Assembly: GCA_951406725.2 (NCBI GenBank) | Contig: OX597820.1 | Span: 26,846,001-26,910,000, forward strand | Direction of reading: 5' to 3' | Source: Octopus vulgaris | Taxonomy: Eukaryota | DNA: 64,000 nucleotides | Shown here: piece by piece, positions 55,229 through 64,000 of the stretch | How positions within the stretch are numbered: the first letter of the stretch is position 1 | Layout of the letters: every line of letters begins with the position of its first letter | The notes under the pieces: model-generated | Seen by the model: only the letters and a program-made list of their open reading frames with translations | Database searches by the model: none | What the model was told of the DNA's origin: nothing | Program-made: the position numbers and the translations under genes

Positions 55229-55661
55229 GTAATATTGAGAGGTGCAACATCGCTGAATGGTTAAAAAGTTCGATTAGCAATCACGAAGTACCAGCTTCGA
55301 TACCACACCACCGCATGTAATATATATGTATGTATGCATACACTCTTCTGTTTTTAATTACCTAAATTCATCTGCTGAGGAGGGAGCTGGTTTCTAACAA
55401 AGATACAAAACTCCTTCGTACAAATGCAGATAGCGAAAACAATCCTACATTTCAGACTTTAGAAAAGTTTTTCATATTTGTTACTCCACTTACGGATTGT
55501 ATTTGCAATGTGCGAGTTGGGTGGTTGATTTCTTTTTCTGAAAACCCTAGCTTATACAGATCGCCCCTTAGACATCTACACACAAAATCAAGCGCACAAA
55601 TAATTATTAGTATAAGTGTGAACTTATTATCTGGATATAGAAGGCGAAAGTTTCGAAGCGG

Positions 55662-55975
55662 TTATGCATAGTTATCCGTCTTCTCTTTGATTTTCAAAGA
55701 GGTATTCACACCAGCAGAACAGCAGAACTCTATGACGGTACTTACTTTTTTGTCTGTCTCAAATAGCAATATCCGGCCTGTTATGTTTACACTTGACAGA
55801 TGTTTTGGTGGGAGTGTTCCACCAGCATTCCTTGGGTTGATGCTTGTGTATGCATTCAATAACAAGGAAATTCTCTATATTTATTCCAGGACATTATTTT
55901 TTCTTCCGAATGGCATCGTATATTGTTTTCTGACAACGTCGTGTCATAGGGAAATAGTACCTTGATGACGTTTTT
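55662..55975 (-). mobile_element. REL-endonuclease fragment of an R4/Dong-like LINE
   Basis: Frameshifted HDVV...IYDAIRKK, ECWWNTPTKTSVKCKHNRPDIAI*DR and VIEFCCSAGVNTSLKIKEKTDNY. Confidence 0.75.
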
Positions 55976-56860
55976 GGGTAGTTGCTAATCACTTGTGTGA
56001 TGTATTCCATCGAAATATGAATAATCTACATTTTTGGTTGCATCTTAGAGCTCAAAGAGCTTCACTGTCTCCTTTGTTCATTAAGTTTTTCGTAGCAACA
56101 CCCTGTTCTTGGATTGCATAGCCTTCAAAGATTGGTGAGATGCAGCGGTCACAAGTCTACTACATACCATCAGATGTCGATATGATCGCAGAGAAATGCG
56201 AAATGAAGTGTTTTTTTCCAAGAACACAACGTGCCGCCAGTTCATGAAATCGAAACCACGATCTAACGATTGTAAGTGCAACATCTTACTAACTAGGCCA
56301 CGCGCCTTCACACACGCGCGCGCGCGCTATGCACATATATGAATAATATATCGTGGAAGAGCTTCTTTATCAATCTAAAACCACACAAAAACTTGTATTT
56401 GACTTCTCATTCATCTATTGAAATATATATATAAAAAAAGAACCCCAAAACTTTTGTCACCTCACAATAACCTGATCCCTGTCATAATTCTACAGCGACT
56501 CACAGTGGAATTATGTCAACGATCAGATTAAAGCGGAGTGCCAAAAGTTTTGACACCTCACATAATAAAAGCCAGAGTGTATATAATAAGTCTATGTGTA
56601 ATTTTAGACGGAGAAGACGCGTCTTCCACAATATCATTGTTTCTGTTTCAACACACGGTGTTATGAGGAGCCACTTGTCAGACAAGTACGGTTCTGAAAT
56701 ATGTGTGTGTTTGTGTGTGAATGTGTTTGCAACTATGTGTGAATGTATCGATACCTGTGTGTGTACACCTATGTAATATATTTGTAAATATATATGTTTA
56801 TATACACACACGCGCGCGCACACACATATATACACATACATAGATGTATAGGTACATATA

Positions 56861-57255
56861 TCTTCTTAATATATAAAAGTGAAGTTGTGTGTCTGTCTCC
56901 TACGATTTAGATTCCTAACTACTCCCACATTTTGCGGTGCAGTTTAACCAAAACCGGGTATCTTATAGTCGTGATTCATATCGAGCCCTTCTGGGTATTA
57001 GCGCGCGTCTACGATGAGTCTACGATAAAAAAAAGATTACCATCAGTTTTTCATTTTAATGCATTTTTTCGCTGTTATATAAGGGAAGTAACTCTCTAAA
57101 AATGTCTACGATGAGTCAACGATTAAAAAAAAATTTACCATAATTTTTTTCCATTTTTAATGCATATTTTTGCTACTTTTTGGCTATAACTCTCTAAAAA
57201 TGCTTATATAGTTATTTCCCATACAAACCCGAGCAACGCCGGGTGATACTGCTAG
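56861..57255 (+). mobile_element. Non-autonomous Helitron
   Basis: A|TC start, hairpin cccgagcaacgccggg, CTAG|T end. The 3' end is shared with 54407-54780. Confidence 0.85.
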
Positions 57256-57280
57256 TACTAAATAAATGTGTTCATATATA

Positions 57281-57500
57281 GAGGCGCAATGGCCTAGTGG
57301 TTAGGGCAGCGGACTCGCGGTCGCAGGATCGGGGTTTCGATTCTCAGACCGGGCGTTGTGTGTGTTTATTGAGCGAAAACACCTAAAAGCTCTACGAGGC
57401 GGCAGGGGGTGGTGATCCCTGCTGTACTCTTTCACCACAATGGCGGTGCCCCAGCATGGCCACAGCTCAAGAGCTGAAACTGGAAAAACAAAAACAAAAA
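57281..57500 (+). mobile_element. Family C SINE head fused to family B-like tail
   Basis: gaggcgcaatggcctagtggttagggc head followed by ggcggtgccccagcatggccacagc...ctgaaac tail. Confidence 0.7.
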
Positions 57501-57626
57501 ACAAACATATATATATATATGGCGGAGTAATAATCTAAGTGGTTCCTAGACTATTTGGGGTCTACATCTAGCAGACTGGCGTTGTAATTATTCAATGCCC
57601 TTTTGGTTTTTTTTGTGAATTCTCCA

Positions 57627-57664
<38 letters not shown>

Positions 57665-58167
57665 CATATATGTATGTATGTATGTATATATGTACAAGTG
57701 ACAATCTCGCGAATTGAGTAGAATATGCTACACTGAGAATGCATAATAGTAAACACCAACATTTTCGACTATTTCCACCTTCTCCATTCTGAGCTCAATG
57801 TTCATCCATGTACTTGGTACGATTCCACTCTTTAATACACTATAGATACAAGCACACCAACGCTCCATTTCTTTTTCCATTTATCTGTCTTCTGTTATTG
57901 CTATAACAAAGAGAACAGTGATTTGGCATAACCATAGAAGAGTTCGACAAAATACTTTGCGCTATTTAGCTACGGCTCTTTACTTCCTGAGTTCAAATCC
58001 TACAGAGGTCAACTATGCACTTCGTCTTTCCAGTTCCATAAAATCAAGTACCATTCAAGTAATGAGGTCGAATTAATCGATTAACACCTTCAAATTCCTT
58101 GGTCTTGTGCCGAAATTATCGACAAATATTGATTTCAAATTTTGGCACAAGGCCAGCAAATTCAGGG

Positions 58168-58219
<52 letters not shown>

Positions 58220-59454
58220 AGGCTAGTCAACTACATCGACCCCAGTGTTTAACTGGTTCTTATTTTATCGATTCCAAGAGGATGAAAGGCAATGTCGACC
58301 CCGACGGAATTTGAATTCAGAACGTAAAGATGGCTGAAATACCGCTAAGCATTTGACCTGAAGTGCTAACGAGTCTGCTAGCTCGCAGCCTTTAAATTAT
58401 GGACAAATATTATGGTGGAGGCTATTAGATGAATAGTTACAGCGTTTCATCTCTCTGGGGTCGATATAATAAAGTACCAGTCAAATACTGGGGGTCATTT
58501 AATCAATTAAACTACACCTCTTAAATCTCAAGCTTTGTGCTTATATGATGACCTATTATCCATACAGCAATTAAAAGCGTTCTATTGAATTTTCAACTAT
58601 GTATCACCGCTAAGTCCAACAAGTTAACTTGTGTGCTACCCTTTCATCATAAGTATTTTATTCCACTTCTAAAACCTGGCCCCAGAATATTTTCCAAGCA
58701 TTTAACATTGAACGGCGGAAATGCTTTTCTTTGGAACTTTCCAAGTGCGCCAGATTTTCATAATGACACCAACCAACAGAAAGGCAAAAGCCAAGCTGAA
58801 CTGCGTACAACGTGTTTTAGCTAGACAATTTGACATGGTCTACAATAGTTCCGAACATTGTTTCTCCTTTCGCCTTCTCGAATTAAAGTGTTAAAGAATA
58901 ATAGCAAAATAGAGGCAAGAATTACAGAACTATCCCCTACCCAGCCGGAAATATATAGGCACGTATAATTAAATAGCGATTATTAAAGATTTGTTAATGA
59001 GCTACTATTCATCTTTGGGACAGAGGCGCTAACGAATCTAACAGATAAGAAAATAGACTATTTAAAATACGCAGAAATTTATTTTGGGTTTCTCTTTTTA
59101 ATCAACATGGCAATTACTAAACCGTTCTGTTATCTGCATATTGGTCAGAGAGAATATTCTTTGAGAAGTATGTCTAAGTGTGTATGTATGTATGTATGTA
59201 TGTATGTATGTATGTATGTATGTATGTATGTATGTATGTATGTATGTATGTATGTATCTGTGTGAGTATGTGTGTATGTATGTATCTGCATGTATGTCTC
59301 TATATAAGTATATATATAATTAGGACATGGAACAGTGAGTGAGATAGAGAGAGAGAGATAGAAAGACAAAGGAAAAGAAAACAAGAAAAATATGAATTAA
59401 AAAAGATAAAGAACTTTAATTCCTTAATTCTTCAATTTCCTTACTTCAAAGGAA

Positions 59455-59507
<53 letters not shown>

Positions 59508-59606
59508 CTTGTGTGTGTGTGTGTGTATACAGATGTAAATATATGTATATATATATACACACACATACAAATATGCTTGCATGTATATAAATAAATGAAT
59601 ATATTA

Positions 59607-59662
<56 letters not shown>

Positions 59663-60009
59663 AACAGTAGTGTTTGTGAGAGTGTATGTATGTGTGTGTG
59701 TGTGTGTGTAAGGGTAAGGAATGGTTTGCAAAAGGCTGCTGATGGGTGGGATTGTGTAAACGAATTTAAGAAACTCGTTTGGTTTGATAGTCGAAAATGA
59801 CTGAATAAATTGAAATTTAAATTAAAACGTATGACAAAGCTAAGTCTATGATGTAGATTACCAAATAACGGCTTTGAAAAAAACTGCTGCTTAACGTAGA
59901 CGACAATTTCCTGTATTTCACAGAGATAAGCTTTGTAGATGAAAGTTGTGGCATGCACGTATGTGCGTACGGGTGTATGCTTTGGTACGTGAGTGGTGTA
60001 TATGCATAT

Positions 60010-60063
<54 letters not shown>

Positions 60064-60094
60064 TATAAATATATATATACATATAAATATATAA

Positions 60095-60240
<146 letters not shown>

Positions 60241-60374
60241 TGTGCATTTGTGTATTTTCTGTAAGTAGTTTAGAAAAAGAGAAGTTGAAGAAAGAATGCC
60301 TGTCATCCAGCAAGCTGCTACTTGCACTAACATCCACAGACCTATATTTATATGCACACACACATACAGAAACG

Positions 60375-60423
<49 letters not shown>

Positions 60424-60518
60424 GTATACACATCTGTACATATATACATATGTATATATAATTATGAGTGTCTATGTATAATTCCTATATATACGCATAC
60501 ATACTCACACACACGCAC

Positions 60519-60573
<55 letters not shown>

Positions 60574-61274
60574 TACATAGTTAATTTAGAGAATTACGGC
60601 ATATTTTCGAACTAATAGAAAATGTATAAAAATACCACGATTTTCGTGAAATTTAGAAAGGAAAATGAAATAAGCTTTAACAAGAGTATGTAAAAAATAC
60701 TTCAATTTAGAAGCACTTATAAAGGGAAGACAAAGTATTTTGGTAACTTACTTAGAACTATTAAATTCCAAACAACATTATAGAAGAATATTAGTTTTAA
60801 GATGTACTGATTATAAGAGTCAGCAAATTTTCTATTTTAAAAGCACGTGTATTAAGAAAAATATGCATTTAAGTAGGTTAGAAGCATTTAATTAAAACCA
60901 GTATTAAAAATCTTACTTTTTATAAGCTTAATGATTTATAAGAATCAGCAGGAATTATGTATTGGACTATCCGTTCCATCTTCCTCCTCTCTTCGATGAT
61001 TAGTGCTACTCCTATGGTGTGGATGTCCTCTCTCCCTCTCACTCCCCCTCTCTCTTCATTTCTCTCTTCTCTCCCTCTCACTCCCCCTCTCTCTCTATTT
61101 CTCTCCTCTCTCTCTCTCTCTCGCACACTTACTCCCTTCGCGATTTCTGATTCAAAACAACGCAGTAAAGCTGGTTTCTGGAGTCTGTTTCCGCGATGGA
61201 ACAATTTTACCAAGTGCCAAAGGCGGCATACATATGCAGTGAGATCTCATGCATATACGACAGGTATAACAAAA

Positions 61275-61505
61275 AGGCGGCGAGCTGGCAGAAACGTTAG
61301 CACACCGGGCGAAATGCGTAGCCGTATTTCGTCTGCCATTATGTTCTGAGTTCAAATTCCGCCGAGGTCGACTTTGCCTTTCATCCTTTCGGGGTCGATA
61401 AATTAAGTACCAGTTACGCACTGGGGTCGATGTAATCGACTTAATCCGTTTGTCTGTCCTTATTTGTCCCCTCTGTGTTTAGCCCCTTGTGGGTAGTAAA
61501 GAAAT
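61275..61505 (+). mobile_element. Young family A SINE with 13-bp TSD
   Basis: aggtataacaaaa at 61262-61274 and 61506-61518, B box gagttcaaattcc, central gactttgcctttcatcctttcggggtcgataaattaagtaccag. Confidence 0.92.
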
Positions 61506-62324
61506 AGGTATAACAAAACAGGGGAGAGAATAGCTAACATCAAGTCGTTCCAAAGGGCTCACACAAATTACTGGTATCCAGCACTCTTTGTCAGACACCA
61601 AACCACCTCCAAAGAATGTTAACGCTCTAGTCATGGTACGTGGTTTCTAACGGCGCCGAATTTTGATGATAGAATTGTTGCTGCCATCCGCTAGGGACTG
61701 TATATATAATAGATCCTTGACCCAAGGCGTTCTGACAATGGCGACTTTATTTAAGGCTTGTACAGAACTTTAGACGCAATTTGTCCGAATGATTAAGAAG
61801 TTCACTTCGTAACCATGAGATCTTGGGTTCGTTTCCAGGTGTGACATCTTGAAGAAATTACATTTTCTATGGCCTCGGGTCGCCCCCTAACTTGTGAACC
61901 TGAGTAGACGGAAATAGTACAGAAGGTCAATGAATAGATTATACCAACAAACTGTGCAGCCTTGTCGCATATTGTCATGCAGATTCTGACATGCATATGA
62001 TTGCATTAAGGGAACACGCGTCTATGGAATGCCCAACAAATTCAGAAGCAAAGTCTTATCATCGATGTTTGTGGTGGAACAAAAGGGATCCACCAGCATC
62101 ATCTAGAACTACATTATCTTAGATGTGTCATTTCTTTGGTTTTCGTATGGAGGTTAGCCTGTAATATGAAGAGCGAATTAACTACTGTCTCTATAGCAGA
62201 TTGAGCTATAATATAGAGGACTTTGCTCTCTCCTTGGCCCAAATATACCAAGGTTGTATGAACATGATTCCAGACATTCAGCTTTGTTCTGAAAAAAAAA
62301 ATCAAAAAATCATCGTGTGTCTGT

Positions 62325-62660
62325 GTTTTTCCGGGTTCAGTCCCACTGCGTGGTACCTTGGGCAAGTGTCTTCTACTTTAGCCTCGGGTCGACCAAAGCC
62401 TTGTGAGTCGATTTGGTAGAAGGAAACTGAAAGAAGCCCATCGTATATATATATATATATATCTGTGTTTGTCTACCCACCATCGCTTGACAACTGGTGT
62501 TGGTTTGTTTACGTCCCCGTATCTTAGCAGTTCGGCAAAAGAGACCGATAGAATAAGTATTAGGCTTACAAAGAATAAGTCATGGGGTCGATTTGTTCGA
62601 CTAAAGGCGGTGCTCCAACATGGCCACAGTCACATGACTTAAACAAGTAAAAGAGTAAAA
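62325..62660 (+). mobile_element. Family B SINE, 5'-truncated
   Basis: Homologous to 43268-43648. Confidence 0.85.
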
Positions 62661-63049
62661 GGAGTTTCTGTCTAACTAACCTCCACTCACATCATAAACT
62701 CCTAAACAATGTCGGAATACAGTTTTCAGTGATGCCGTCTTTGTTTCTTTCTCTCTGGTTTTGTTTTTATTAATTTCCGGTTGACGGATATAGAATTTTC
62801 TTGTAGTTACTACTCAGACATAAACGATAGCGTAACTTCAAGTAGAAATATAGTTCTGAAGTAGATATAAGGTCAAGATGTAGTCCGCTTGTTGTTTAGC
62901 CGCGAGTAAGCTCTGAATGAGTTAAGGGCACGATCTACGGGCATTCCAGCCATGACCTGCTCCAGATGCTATACCCAGGAGGTCAGGTTATCTAATGTTT
63001 AGATACGGAAGTTTCGGAACGTATAATGCATGTTATGTTATGTTATATT

Positions 63050-63265
63050 ATTGTATGTATGTATGTATGTATGTATGTATGTATGTATGTATGTATGTAT
63101 GTATGTATGTATGTATGTATGTATGTATGTATGTATGTATGTATGTATGTATGTATGTATGTATGTATGTATCAATGTATTTATGTATGTATGTATTTAT
63201 CTATGTATTTATGTATGTATGTATGTATGTATATATGTTTGCATGTATGTATGTATGTATGTATG
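63050..63265. repeat. (TATG)n microsatellite
   Basis: Direct reading of the sequence. Confidence 0.95.
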
Positions 63266-63599
63266 TAAAGGCGCGTAGCTTAGTGGTTACGGTATTCGGC
63301 TTACAATCACATGGTCGCGAGTTCAGTTCCCGGCAATGCATCGTGTCCTTGAGCAAGATATTTTATTGCATATTACACCAATTCAATCAGCTGGCATTAA
63401 GGGTCTATATATAAAATAATGTAGGTGGCTTATTAGCCATTGAAATCTTGGTAAATTTATAAACGCCACTAACGTGACAAGGGAGTTTTCTCTCACTATA
63501 GTAGGGAGCTCTGTTTCCTTCGTCAACTTAAGTCAGTACTTTTTGACTCTTATTTTTAGCAATGCCGGTACCACTTTGTACCTTTGCCACCTTAATGAC

Positions 63600-64000
<401 letters not shown>

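Overview
This is eukaryotic, AT-rich DNA saturated with microsatellites and SINEs. It is most likely an octopus (coleoid cephalopod) genome, inferred from the SINE families and the (TA)n/(CA)n/(TAA)n density. Nearly all ORFs in the supplied track are microsatellite artefacts. One complete protein-coding gene can be assembled on the minus strand: a 189-aa neuronal calcium sensor (NCS-2-like, myristoylation motif, EF-hands) with coding exons at 35634-35744, 31799-32071 and 25373-25558, joined by phase-0 GT-AG introns. The rest is mostly mobile DNA: several tRNA-derived SINE families, R4/Dong, Hero and RTE LINE remnants, an internally deleted mariner, two MITEs, two non-autonomous Helitrons and a decayed Penelope-like (Naiad-type) element. 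There are four main signals. (1) A set of Penelope-type minimal hammerhead ribozymes sits in short (TA)n-embedded elements; one is perfect (54954-54998), and others have long stem II inserts or a CCGANGA core. (2) The Naiad remnant has TGA at a zinc-finger cysteine and a SECIS-like hairpin downstream. (3) Long inverted repeats cluster inside the NCS introns. (4) CpG depletion ends at a boundary near 15-17.5 kb.
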